DNA of 43,453 nt, taken from NCBI GenBank assembly GCA_027021705.1, contig JALUTT010000070.1, positions 1 through 43,453 on the forward strand. Direction: 5' to 3'. The notes below the pieces were generated by a model. It made no database searches. It was not told the origin of the DNA and was given only the letters and a program-made list of their open reading frames with translations. Both the position numbers and the translations under genes were made by a program. This DNA is from Anaerolineae bacterium (lineage in GTDB: Bacteria; Chloroflexota; Anaerolineae; S140-20). Positions within the stretch are counted from its first letter, which is position 1. The number at the start of each line of letters is the position of its first letter. Shown here piece after piece: positions 9,026 through 17,598 of the stretch.

Positions 9026-9985
9026 GTGAACGGTCCAATTCTTACCGTGCGCTTGGAAGGACCAGCAGTGGAAGGGGGGCGGATAGCACTCAGGGATCTG
9101 GTTCATTTTGGCCGCCAGTTTCAGAGCGCTTTGGAACGCACGGCCCGTGTACTCTCCGGTCAGGTCAGCGTCCGCCGAGGACAACCACCGGTCAACATCC
9201 GTCAGGCCTGCGCCCTGGATGTGATCGCACTGCAGAAAGGCAGTTTTAGCCTGGCAATGGACCTACGGCGTACCCAGCCGGCGCTTCCTGGCCTTGACTT
9301 GGGAGAACAGGCCCTGGAGCACCTCATAGAGGGACTTGAGGTAGTGTGCGGCCCGGAGCCTGAACTGCCCATGGGCTATGATCTGGGAGTGCTGATTGCC
9401 CTACGCGACCTGGGACGCCTCTTCGACCACGGAATCGAGCGGTTGATTTTCGACCTGCATACGTCCAGAGTACAGCGTCGTGTTGTACACGATTATGCTC
9501 TCCATCGGCGCCTCGTCGAACGCATCGAGGGGCCATTAGAGGATCAGATTGTGCGCGAAGGCAGATTGCTCATGGCGGACTTGAGGGAAACCGGCCTACG
9601 TTGTCGTCTCCATCCACCTGCTGAGCCCCCTATCCACTGCTCTTTTGATGAGGCCATGGCAGAAGAGATCATCAATGCCCTACGCCATTACGTTCGCATT
9701 CGAGGCCCGGCCGAGATTGACCCGCTGACTGGCAAGGTCCGCAAGATAGAGATTCGCGACCTGGAGATATTGGATTGGGACGAAGAGAAAGAAATCTCAG
9801 CCAAGAGCAGGGCTGTTGCCGAGCCAGGACTGTTCTGGACCGGTTACGATGTTGTCACACTTGCGGAAGAGCAAGGGGTACAACCAGTACAGAGCCTGGA
9901 CGATCTCTGGGGTGATTTCTGGCCAGAAGACGAGTCCGTAGACGAGTTTATTGAAACAGTCCGCCGCTGGCGCCGCGAGGGATAG
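9026..9985 (+). CDS. Hypothetical protein with OB-fold-like region and acidic antitoxin-like tail
   Basis: RBS AAGGAGG, 319-aa ORF, lower GC than flanks; tail LAEEQGVQPVQSLDDLWGDFWPEDESVDEF. Confidence 0.8.
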   Translation: MNGPILTVRLEGPAVEGGRIALRDLVHFGRQFQSALERTARVLSGQVSVRRGQPPVNIRQACALDVIALQKGSFSLAMDLRRTQPALPGLDLGEQALEHLIEGLEVVCGPEPELPMGYDLGVLIALRDLGRLFDHGIERLIFDLHTSRVQRRVVHDYALHRRLVERIEGPLEDQIVREGRLLMADLRETGLRCRLHPPAEPPIHCSFDEAMAEEIINALRHYVRIRGPAEIDPLTGKVRKIEIRDLEILDWDEEKEISAKSRAVAEPGLFWTGYDVVTLAEEQGVQPVQSLDDLWGDFWPEDESVDEFIETVRRWRREG

Positions 9986-9995
9986 GACCCGACCG

Positions 9996-10409
9996 ATGAA
10001 TCCTCGGCAGCGTCGGAGGAAATCCGCAGGAGGGGGGTGGCGCCCCTGGCTCGTCGCGCTGATCCTGGCCCTGGCCGGCTGGGGCGGGGCCTCTTGGATG
10101 TGGAACCACGTCCACCCCACGGGGCTGATGCCCCTCATCTTCCTCCTCTTCGTCGCCCTCGCCCTGACCGGAGCGACCTTCCCCCTCTTCTGGCTCTTCT
10201 GGCGGCTCCGGCGCTGGCGGCGGAAGCGGCTCATCGTCCCCCGCTGGCGTCCTATGCGGGAAGGGGCCTGGGTGGGACTCTACGGCTTCTTCTGCGGTTG
10301 GCTCCAGGTGAACCGGGCGTTGACGCCGGCCCCGGCCCTCCTGCTGGCCGGTGGCCTCCTCTTCCTGGAGCTCTTCTTCGTCCTGCGGGAGAAGGGAGGT
10401 GCGCAATGA
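9996..10409 (+). CDS. Four-helix membrane protein, unknown function
   Basis: Four hydrophobic segments; ATGA overlap with the next gene. Confidence 0.75.
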   Translation: MNPRQRRRKSAGGGWRPWLVALILALAGWGGASWMWNHVHPTGLMPLIFLLFVALALTGATFPLFWLFWRLRRWRRKRLIVPRWRPMREGAWVGLYGFFCGWLQVNRALTPAPALLLAGGLLFLELFFVLREKGGAQ

Positions 10410-11392
10410 AGGTCACCATTCGCCCGGCCCGCGCCGAGGACCGGGATGCGGTGATGGCTATCGCCGCCCAGATCTGGGAGGGGAACGACTACCTGCCCCA
10501 GGTCTGGGATGCCTGGTTGGCCGATCGGGAGGGACAACTGGTCGTCGCCACACTGGAGGGAAGGCCGGTGGCAGTAGGGAAGCTGACCCGGCTGGGACCG
10601 GAGGAGTGGTGGTTGGAGGGGCTGCGGGTGGACCCGGCTCACCAGGGCCGGGGGATCGCCCGTCAGGTCCACGCCCACCTGGTCGAACTGGCCGAGCAGC
10701 GGGGGAGGGGGGTGCTGCGCTTCGGCACCGGTTCCTACAACCAGGCCGTCCACCACTTGGCTGCTCGAACCGGCTTCCACCCCATCGCCCGCTACGCCTT
10801 CTACCGGGCCGAGGCGCTGGGCGGGCCGGAGGAGGCCGACGAGCGCTCCCCGTCTGGGCCGGAAGTCGGCCCGTTGCGTCCGGTGCCTCCCTCGGCAGCG
10901 CCGGCGATATGGGCACTGCTGGAAGCCTCCCCCCGCTTCCAGGCCGGCCACCGGCTCTACGAGGAGCGCTGGGTCTGGCGCACGCTGACGGCGGCGCGGC
11001 TGCAGGCGCTGCTGGCCCGGGGGCGGGTGTGGGGGATGACCGATGAGGCAGGAGACTGGGTCGGCGTGGCCTTCGTCCTGCCGGACCTGGAGAAGGAGCG
11101 CCTGCGGGTGGGGCTGCTGGATGGGGAGGAGGCTGCGCTGCGGCCCCTGGCCCAGGCCCTGCGCCGCCAGGCCGCCGTCGGAGTAGGGACAGCACCAATG
11201 GCTGCCTCCTACTCCCACGTCTCCGTCAAGGTCCTGGACGACCCAACCCTCACCGCCGCCCTAGAGGGGGCCGGCTACCAATCCGCCTGGGAGCACCAGG
11301 TCGTCGTCTTCGAGCGCCCCCTCCATCCCCAACACGCCGCACGCCACAGGCAACACGCGACACGCGATGCGCAATACGTGATCCCCAAGTAA
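10406..11392 (+). CDS. GNAT family N-acetyltransferase
   Basis: RBS GGAGG; IRPARAED, LRVDPAHQGRGIA acetyl-CoA motif. The stop codon is supplied by repeat copy 2. Confidence 0.88.
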   Translation: MKVTIRPARAEDRDAVMAIAAQIWEGNDYLPQVWDAWLADREGQLVVATLEGRPVAVGKLTRLGPEEWWLEGLRVDPAHQGRGIARQVHAHLVELAEQRGRGVLRFGTGSYNQAVHHLAARTGFHPIARYAFYRAEALGGPEEADERSPSGPEVGPLRPVPPSAAPAIWALLEASPRFQAGHRLYEERWVWRTLTAARLQALLARGRVWGMTDEAGDWVGVAFVLPDLEKERLRVGLLDGEEAALRPLAQALRRQAAVGVGTAPMAASYSHVSVKVLDDPTLTAALEGAGYQSAWEHQVVVFERPLHPQHAARHRQHATRDAQYVIPK

Positions 11393-11510
11393 CTGTTCAC
11401 CCTCCCGCAGGTTAGGCGCGTTTCCGACGCGAAACCGTGCTTCAAATAGCCCATCGGGGCTGAAGGCGCCCTCGACCGGTGCCCTGCGGGAGAGTAGGCT
11501 GAATAGATGC
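11389..11510 (+). mobile_element. MITE-like repeat copy 2 (122 bp)
   Basis: Imperfect terminal IRs GTAACTGTTCA / TGAATAGATGC; flanking near-direct repeats atccccaa / atccccag. Confidence 0.8.
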
Positions 11511-11524
11511 ATCCCCAGTAGGCT

Positions 11525-11809
11525 ATGATCATCGGAACCTGCCGCGTCGAGCTCCATCTGCCCGGCAACGGCTCGCTCAAGGGAAAACGAAGCCGGCTCA
11601 GGCCGCTCCTGAACCGGCTGCACAAGGAGTTCAACGTGGCCACTGCCGAGGTGGATTACCAGGACCTCTGGCAGTCGGCCCGGATCGCCCTGGTGACCGT
11701 CTCCACGGATGCCGGCCACGTCCAGCGGGTGCTGGAGCGGGCGGTGCGTTGGATCGAGGTCAACCGGCCCGACCTGATGGTCGTGGACTGGGAGATCGAG
11801 ATCTTCTGA
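11525..11809 (+). CDS. DUF503 (YlxP-like) protein
   Basis: SLKGKRS..FNVATAEVDYQDLWQ signature, 94 aa. Confidence 0.9.
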   Translation: MIIGTCRVELHLPGNGSLKGKRSRLRPLLNRLHKEFNVATAEVDYQDLWQSARIALVTVSTDAGHVQRVLERAVRWIEVNRPDLMVVDWEIEIF

Positions 11810-11813
11810 CCGC

Positions 11814-12386
11814 TCAGCGGGCCAGGATCAGGTAGTCGTCGGCGTACTCCCGGATCGGTTCCGCCTGGGCGAAGCCGGCCTCTCGTAGCCAGCCGACCAC
11901 CTGGTTGGGCCACAGCCGGTGGGAACGGGGCGGGCCTCCGCTGCTCTCGCCGTCGGGACGCCAGTCCAGGACCAGCACCCGCCCGCCGGGGCGGGTCACC
12001 CGCCGCAGCTCCTCCGCCAGCCGCTGGGGAGGCTCCACCTCGTGGAAGACGAAGGCCACCCAGACCAGGTCCATCCGGGCGTCGGCCAGGGGAACGTCGG
12101 GGAGCTCGGCCTGGACCGCGCGGACGTGGGCCGGTGGGCGGTGCTCTTGCAGCACCGCCAGCATCTCCGGGCTCACGTCCAGGGCCCACACCTCCCCCGT
12201 CGAACCCACCAGTTCGGCCAGGGGGAGCGTCCAGAAGCCCGGCCCGCAGCCCAGGTCCAGCACGACCTGGCCGGCCTTCACCCCCAGGTCGCGCAGGAAG
12301 CGGGGAGGGTCCCAGCGGGCCTGCCGTTGCGGGTCCACCAGCACGTGGTAGCGGCCGGGGTCGAAGCGTCGTTCGTGGTCGGCCAT
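11814..12386 (-). CDS. Class I SAM-dependent methyltransferase
   Basis: VLDLGCGPG, ALDVSPEML, RPGGRVLVLDW; start overlaps the rfbB stop. Confidence 0.9.
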   Translation of the reverse strand: MADHERRFDPGRYHVLVDPQRQARWDPPRFLRDLGVKAGQVVLDLGCGPGFWTLPLAELVGSTGEVWALDVSPEMLAVLQEHRPPAHVRAVQAELPDVPLADARMDLVWVAFVFHEVEPPQRLAEELRRVTRPGGRVLVLDWRPDGESSGGPPRSHRLWPNQVVGWLREAGFAQAEPIREYADDYLILAR

Positions 12387-14971
12387 CAGGTCAACTCCCG
12401 GCCGGCGTACTGACGCCGGTAGTAGTCTTGGTAGAACTCGCCGCTCTTGATGGGCCGCCACCACCACTCGTTCTCCACGTACCAGCGGACCGTCTTCTCC
12501 AGCGCCTCCTCGAAGGTGTGGCGGCTCCGCCAGCCCAGGGCCTGGACCTTGCGGATGTCCAGGGCGTAGCGCCGGTCGTGGCCGGGCCGGTCGCGCACCG
12601 GCTGGATCAGGCTGTGGGGCTTGCCCAGCAGGTCCAAGATCATCCGGGCCATGTCAATGTTGCGCGTCTCCACCCCCGTGCCCAGGTTGTAGATCTCCCC
12701 CGGCTTCCCCTTGTGGAGCACCACGTCAATCCCCTCGCAGTGGTCCAGGACGTACTGGTAGTCCCGCATCTGGGAGCCGTCGCCGTAGAGGGGGAGGGGG
12801 ATGTCGTCTATGGCGTTGGTGATGAAGAGGGGAACGACCTTCTCCGGGTACTGGTAGGGGCCGATGTTGTTGGAGCCCCGGGTGATGGTCACGGGGAGGT
12901 CGAAGCTGTGGTAGTAGGCCAGGCACATCAGGTCGCCGCCGGCCTTGCTGGCCGAGTAGGGGCTGCGGGTGTGGAGGGGGTAGGTCTCCGTTGCCCGGCC
13001 TTCCAGGATCTCGCCGTAGACTTCGTCGGTGTTGTGCAACAAGCAGGGGACGTTGCCACCGAAGAAGCGCTCGTTCCCCGGCACAGAGACGTCGTAGACC
13101 ATCACGGTCCCCGGCACCCGCCGTATCGCTCTGACCTTAGCCACTCCCACCGGAGAGTTCAGCAACCGCATCAATCCTTCCGGTGGGTTCTCGAAGGTAG
13201 CGGCCAGGGCCAAAGCCTTGTCCTTCCCCACCAACGGTTTGCGGGAGATTCTGACGCCTCGGTGTTGATGGCATCCCAGCTTTTCCACCACCACGGCGGT
13301 GGGCACACAGCGGGCCATAGGGGTGCGCCAGGATCGGCTCTCCGAACGGCGATAATGCTCGGCGGTGATCTGCAGGTCGTAAAAAACCCGCTCTCTTGTC
13401 ACCGTGATGTTGGGGGGCACCTGTCCCCGGATTTGCCGGACGGTGCGTGAGCTTAGGAGACAGTTGATGTCGTGCAACCGGGCCAACCAGACCAACTCTG
13501 CGGCCAGCGAGCGATTGACCGTAGTGAAATAGCGACGCCCATCGGCCTTCACCGTGCCGTCGCCTTCGTATCCTTGGAAGAACGCTTCGATGAGGGATTT
13601 AGGCTGCGTCCAGATCCACGGGGGCAGGCGCTTGGTCTCAGCGGTCGCCCCGAATTGACGAAAGAGGGCATGCACCCAATAGCTGCTGTATCGCACCTGA
13701 ACGCTGCTCTCCTGCTCCTTGACGTGAGGTTCGATCCCCAGCACTTCCCGAGCACATCGGATCAGCTTGTCCAAGGCCGCTTGCTCTTCTCGGCCCAGGG
13801 TGAAGACCACCGTCCTCCCATTCTGAGCCATCTCGGCTTCGGTGTGGGAACAATGCCCCTCGGCCAGATATAGGCCGAATACCTCCATGAGCAGAGGGGT
13901 CACGACAATGCGATCCCGCTTGATGTGCAGCTTGCGTTTCACCGCGTCCCACCACAGGTTGTCCAGACGCTCCCAGGCATCGTTCAGGGCATCCTCGGTG
14001 ATGGCATAGACACCGCCGGGTGTCTTCTCCAGGTAACCGCCCTCAACCAGGGTTTGCGCAATGCGGTAGACCGTCGTTCCGGCGATCTGGCCGTGGAGCG
14101 CCCTTTGTAGCTCCGCATAGCGTGCGGGCCGGGCCTGAACCGTGGCCAAGACTTGCTGATGCCGCTTCAGGGTGTCGTCCAAGCCCCGGTAGCTATAGCC
14201 GCGCAGCAGCCGGCGCAGCTCGAAGACGTGGGGTTGGGCCTCCGGCCATATGTCGCCGACGAAGGTCACCAGAAAATCCCCGACCTGAATTTCGCGGACC
14301 GGCTTGGTGACGATACGGGAACCGTCGAAGACAAACACGGAGTGGGTGCCAGTGGCCCGAAGGCGTCCTCCGCCCGTGTACGTGATTTCGTAGACCTCAT
14401 CGGCAGGGTGCTTGATGAAGCGACGCAGGGGCCGGAAGGCCACCTGGTACTCGTCGGTCATTGTGAGCACGCTGTAGCGGGTGATCTCCTCTCCGTCCAG
14501 GGAGGCGATGGGGCGTAAAGCCACTTCTCCCGTCTCCTCGTCCCGCACCAGGATGGGGGTATCGCCGGTGACGCTGCTCACCTGGTGGTAGCGCTCGACG
14601 CCGTGCTCTTTGGCCGCCTCCAGCAGCACGTAGGTGCCGTAGATGTCGGTTTGGATGAAGGAACCGGGCTCCATCAGAGACCTGTCCACGTGCGACTCAG
14701 CCGCGAAATTGACGACGGCGTCTATGCGGTGCTCCTTCATCACGGCGTTCACCTGGGATGCATCGCAGATGTCGCCTTGGACGAAGGTGTAGCGCCCTCG
14801 GAAGCGCTCGGCCACGTCCTGCAGGTTCTCCAGCCGGCCGGCGTAGGTCAGCTTGTCGTAGACGACGATCCGGTAATCGGGATACTTCTCCAGCATGTAG
14901 CGGACGAAGTTCGAGCCGATGAAGCCGGCCCCTCCGGTGACCAAGATGTTGCGCACGGTGCTATCCTCCAT
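12386..14971 (-). CDS. rfbB: dTDP-glucose 4,6-dehydratase precursor containing an intein
   Basis: GGAGFIG, DKLTYAG, AAESHVDRS, YSASK, RPGHDRRY. The exteins join to 346 aa with HQVS|TDEVYG restored. Confidence 0.95.
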   Translation of the reverse strand: MEDSTVRNILVTGGAGFIGSNFVRYMLEKYPDYRIVVYDKLTYAGRLENLQDVAERFRGRYTFVQGDICDASQVNAVMKEHRIDAVVNFAAESHVDRSLMEPGSFIQTDIYGTYVLLEAAKEHGVERYHQVSSVTGDTPILVRDEETGEVALRPIASLDGEEITRYSVLTMTDEYQVAFRPLRRFIKHPADEVYEITYTGGGRLRATGTHSVFVFDGSRIVTKPVREIQVGDFLVTFVGDIWPEAQPHVFELRRLLRGYSYRGLDDTLKRHQQVLATVQARPARYAELQRALHGQIAGTTVYRIAQTLVEGGYLEKTPGGVYAITEDALNDAWERLDNLWWDAVKRKLHIKRDRIVVTPLLMEVFGLYLAEGHCSHTEAEMAQNGRTVVFTLGREEQAALDKLIRCAREVLGIEPHVKEQESSVQVRYSSYWVHALFRQFGATAETKRLPPWIWTQPKSLIEAFFQGYEGDGTVKADGRRYFTTVNRSLAAELVWLARLHDINCLLSSRTVRQIRGQVPPNITVTRERVFYDLQITAEHYRRSESRSWRTPMARCVPTAVVVEKLGCHQHRGVRISRKPLVGKDKALALAATFENPPEGLMRLLNSPVGVAKVRAIRRVPGTVMVYDVSVPGNERFFGGNVPCLLHNTDEVYGEILEGRATETYPLHTRSPYSASKAGGDLMCLAYYHSFDLPVTITRGSNNIGPYQYPEKVVPLFITNAIDDIPLPLYGDGSQMRDYQYVLDHCEGIDVVLHKGKPGEIYNLGTGVETRNIDMARMILDLLGKPHSLIQPVRDRPGHDRRYALDIRKVQALGWRSRHTFEEALEKTVRWYVENEWWWRPIKSGEFYQDYYRRQYAGRELT
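13031..14575 (-). mobile_element. Intein (515 aa) with LAGLIDADG homing endonuclease
   Basis: Block A SVTGDTPIL, block B ATGTHSVF (TxxH), GLYLAEG and QGYEGDG endonuclease motifs, block F VYDVSVP, block G LLHN followed by Thr+1. Confidence 0.95.
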
Positions 14972-16040
14972 TCACCACCAGGCCCAGATGGCTGTTGTCC
15001 CCCAAGGTGAATTTGTAGGCTCGGGGGCGGAACGGAGAGCGCTCAATGCAGACATTCCGCCCGATGAGGCTGTCCTGAATGCGCCGGTCCACGTCGCGGA
15101 TGACGCTCCGCTCCAGGACGATGGAGCGCTCGATCTCGCTGTTCTCGATCAGCACGTGGTGGTAGATGCTGGTGAACGGACCGACGTAGCTGTTGACGAT
15201 CCGGGTATCTTCGCCGATGATCGTCGGCCCCCGGACGACGCTGTTGATGATCTCCGCCCCCTTCTGGACGGTGACCCGGCTGTCCACCTGGGAATCGCGG
15301 TCCACGTAGCCCTCGATGACCGGCTCCAGCTCTTCCAGGACCAGGCTGTTGGCCTCCAGCATGTCGCCGGGCCGGCCCGTGTCAATCCACCACCCCCGGT
15401 GGATGTAGGGGTAGACCCGGTAGCCGTGCTCCACCAGCCACTGGATGGCGTCGGTGATCTCCAGTTCGCCCCGCCAGGAGGGGGTGATGGCGTTGACCGC
15501 CTCAAAGATGTGGTGGTCGAACATGTAGATGCCCACCAGCGCCAGGTCTGAGGGGGGCTCCTTGGGCTTCTCGACCAGGCGCACGATCCGCCCCTCTTCG
15601 TCCAGCTCGGCCACCCCGTACTGCTCCGGGTGGTCCACCCGGGTCAGGACGATCTGGGCGTTGTAGTCGCTGGTGGCGAACTGCTGGATGAGGGGGGAGA
15701 TGCCCCCTTGGATCACGTTGTCGCCCAGGAACATCACGAAGCGTTCGTCGCCCAGGAAGTCCTGGCTGATCTTGACGGCGTGGGCCAGGCCCAGAGGGGC
15801 TTCCTGTTGGATATAGGTGACCTTCACCCCCCATCGCCCGCCCCGACCGACCGCCTTCTTGATCTCCTCCGCCGTGTCCCCGACGACGATGCCGATGTCG
15901 GTGATCCCGGCGTCCCGGATGGCCTCGATCACCCGGAAGAGGATGGGCTTGTTGGCCACAGGGATCAACTGCTTGGCGCTGGTGAAGGTGAGGGGGTAGA
16001 GGCGTGTTCCTTTGCCACCGCTGAGAACCAATCCTTTCAT
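14961..16040 (-). CDS. rfbA: Glucose-1-phosphate thymidylyltransferase, long form
   Basis: LSGGKGTRLYPLT..KQLIPVANKP, QEAPLGLAHA, RGELEITD, C-terminal hexapeptide repeats. Confidence 0.93.
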   Translation of the reverse strand: MKGLVLSGGKGTRLYPLTFTSAKQLIPVANKPILFRVIEAIRDAGITDIGIVVGDTAEEIKKAVGRGGRWGVKVTYIQQEAPLGLAHAVKISQDFLGDERFVMFLGDNVIQGGISPLIQQFATSDYNAQIVLTRVDHPEQYGVAELDEEGRIVRLVEKPKEPPSDLALVGIYMFDHHIFEAVNAITPSWRGELEITDAIQWLVEHGYRVYPYIHRGWWIDTGRPGDMLEANSLVLEELEPVIEGYVDRDSQVDSRVTVQKGAEIINSVVRGPTIIGEDTRIVNSYVGPFTSIYHHVLIENSEIERSIVLERSVIRDVDRRIQDSLIGRNVCIERSPFRPRAYKFTLGDNSHLGLVVNGG

Positions 16041-16054
16041 AGTCATCCCCTTGT

Positions 16055-16414
16055 TCAACGGTCGGAATCAGAGGACTCCGCTTCGCCGAGAGCTTGCTCA
16101 ATCAACGGCGCTAGATAGGGTAGGTCTTCTGTCGCTGTTTTCCACACGACCTCTAAGTTCACTCCAAAGTAGTGGTGGATGAGCTTGTCACGCATTCTTG
16201 CCATCTCGTGCCATGGTATTGCTGGGTATTGCTGTTGGACGGCTTCAGGAATGCTCTTCGCCGCTTCACCCAACACTTCTAGCGCCCGGATTACGGCAAA
16301 GGTTGTCTTAGCGTCTTGCGCAAATTGGTCGTAATCCATGCCCTTGATGAATTCGGCCACTTTCTCGATTGCGTCCTGGATGTCTTCCAGATAGTCAAGA
16401 TATGTCCGCTTCAT
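16055..16414 (-). CDS. HepT-like (DUF86) HEPN ribonuclease toxin
   Basis: IPWHEMARMRDKLIHHY (RX4HXY). Confidence 0.92.
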   Translation of the reverse strand: MKRTYLDYLEDIQDAIEKVAEFIKGMDYDQFAQDAKTTFAVIRALEVLGEAAKSIPEAVQQQYPAIPWHEMARMRDKLIHHYFGVNLEVVWKTATEDLPYLAPLIEQALGEAESSDSDR

Positions 16415-16718
16415 AGATCGGGATAGCCTCTTCGAGAATATGCTTGCCGATTCTCGGCTTCAAGGATTCTTTCATCACCAGGTCCACTTGTACGCCCAAG
16501 ACGTCGCTGAGAAAGTGCTCAAGCTGGAGGAGCTTGAACAGGCCAGGGGTTTCACGGAAGGTCACCAATACATCCAGATCGCTATCGGGGCGCTGTTCTC
16601 CACGCACGTATGATCCGAAGAGCGCCATCGAGCTGACTTGGTAGCGTTCGGCGAGTATAGGATACAGCTCTCGGATCTTCCGTTGCAGTTCGTCAAGGGA
16701 GGTGGATTCCTTCACCAT
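16395..16718 (-). CDS. MntA-like minimal nucleotidyltransferase antitoxin
   Basis: FGSYVRGEQRPDSDLD (GSX10DXD); overlaps the HEPN gene. Confidence 0.92.
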   Translation of the reverse strand: MVKESTSLDELQRKIRELYPILAERYQVSSMALFGSYVRGEQRPDSDLDVLVTFRETPGLFKLLQLEHFLSDVLGVQVDLVMKESLKPRIGKHILEEAIPIYEADIS

Positions 16719-16720
16719 GC

Positions 16721-16843
16721 GTGACCGTTCACCCTCCCGCAGGTTGGGCGCGTTTCCGGCGCGAAACCGTGCTTCAAATAGCCCATCGGGGCTGAAAGCG
16801 CCCCCGACCGGTGGACCTGCGGGAGGGTAGGCTGAATAGATAC
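16721..16843 (+). mobile_element. MITE-like repeat copy 3 (123 bp)
   Basis: About 10 differences from copy 2; ends GTGACCGTTCA / TGAATAGATAC; flanks caccatgc / caccgcgc. Confidence 0.8.
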
Positions 16844-16856
16844 CACCGCGCTTCTC

Positions 16857-17531
16857 TTACCACTCATCCGTGTAATAGGCGCCCATAACGCTGTCGGAAG
16901 GAGCGTTGGTCAGCACGGCACCGACGAGGCGGGCCTGCACCCGCTCCAGCAACTGCTTCGCCTGCTGCACGTGTTCGCGCCGGCTGCGACCGGCCTGCAC
17001 CACCAGCAGCACGCCGTCCACCCGGGTGCTCAGCACCACGGCATCGGTCACGGCGATGACCGGCGGTGCGTCGAAGAGCAGGAAGTCGGCCCGCTCCAGC
17101 AGCGAGGCGATGATCTCCTCCATCGGGCGGGAGCCCAAGAGGTCCGCCGGGTTGGGTGGGAGCGGGCCGCTGGGCAGCAGCCACAGGTGCTCCACGCCCG
17201 TCTCCAGGAGCGGCGGGTCGGTCCGGCTCGCCTCATCTACGAACATCGTCGTCAGCCCCGGCTCGTTGGGCAGGCCGAAGATGCGGTGGAGCGAGGGCCG
17301 GCGCAGGTCCGCGTCCACCAGGATCGTCCGGCGGTCTCCCTGGGCCATCGTCACCGCCAGGTTCGCCAGCGTGGTGGACTTCCCCTCGCCGGGGGCCGCC
17401 GAGGTGACGATCAGGGAGCGGATGGGCTTGTCCAAGCCGGCGAAGGTCAGGTTGGTGCGCAGCGTTCGATAGGCCTCCGCCGCCGGGGACCGGGGGTGGG
17501 TCAGGGTGATCAAAGGAAGTTCTCGTGTCAT
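16857..17531 (-). CDS. CpsD/CapB-family BY-kinase
   Basis: AEAYRTLRTN, Walker A GEGKS, VDADLRRP, FDAPP, C-terminal YY. Confidence 0.93.
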   Translation of the reverse strand: MTRELPLITLTHPRSPAAEAYRTLRTNLTFAGLDKPIRSLIVTSAAPGEGKSTTLANLAVTMAQGDRRTILVDADLRRPSLHRIFGLPNEPGLTTMFVDEASRTDPPLLETGVEHLWLLPSGPLPPNPADLLGSRPMEEIIASLLERADFLLFDAPPVIAVTDAVVLSTRVDGVLLVVQAGRSRREHVQQAKQLLERVQARLVGAVLTNAPSDSVMGAYYTDEW

Positions 17532-17598
17532 AGACTTGTCCAACCTCGACTCGTTAGGGCGCTGTTCACCGCGCTGCTATGCACTGCGTCGCCGTCCA

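Noticed and set aside
8771..16843. Repeat copies as a CRISPR array or integron attC sites
   Set aside because: Copies are kilobases apart with no spacer periodicity, no cas or integrase gene, and no paired RYYYAAC/GTTRRRY ends.
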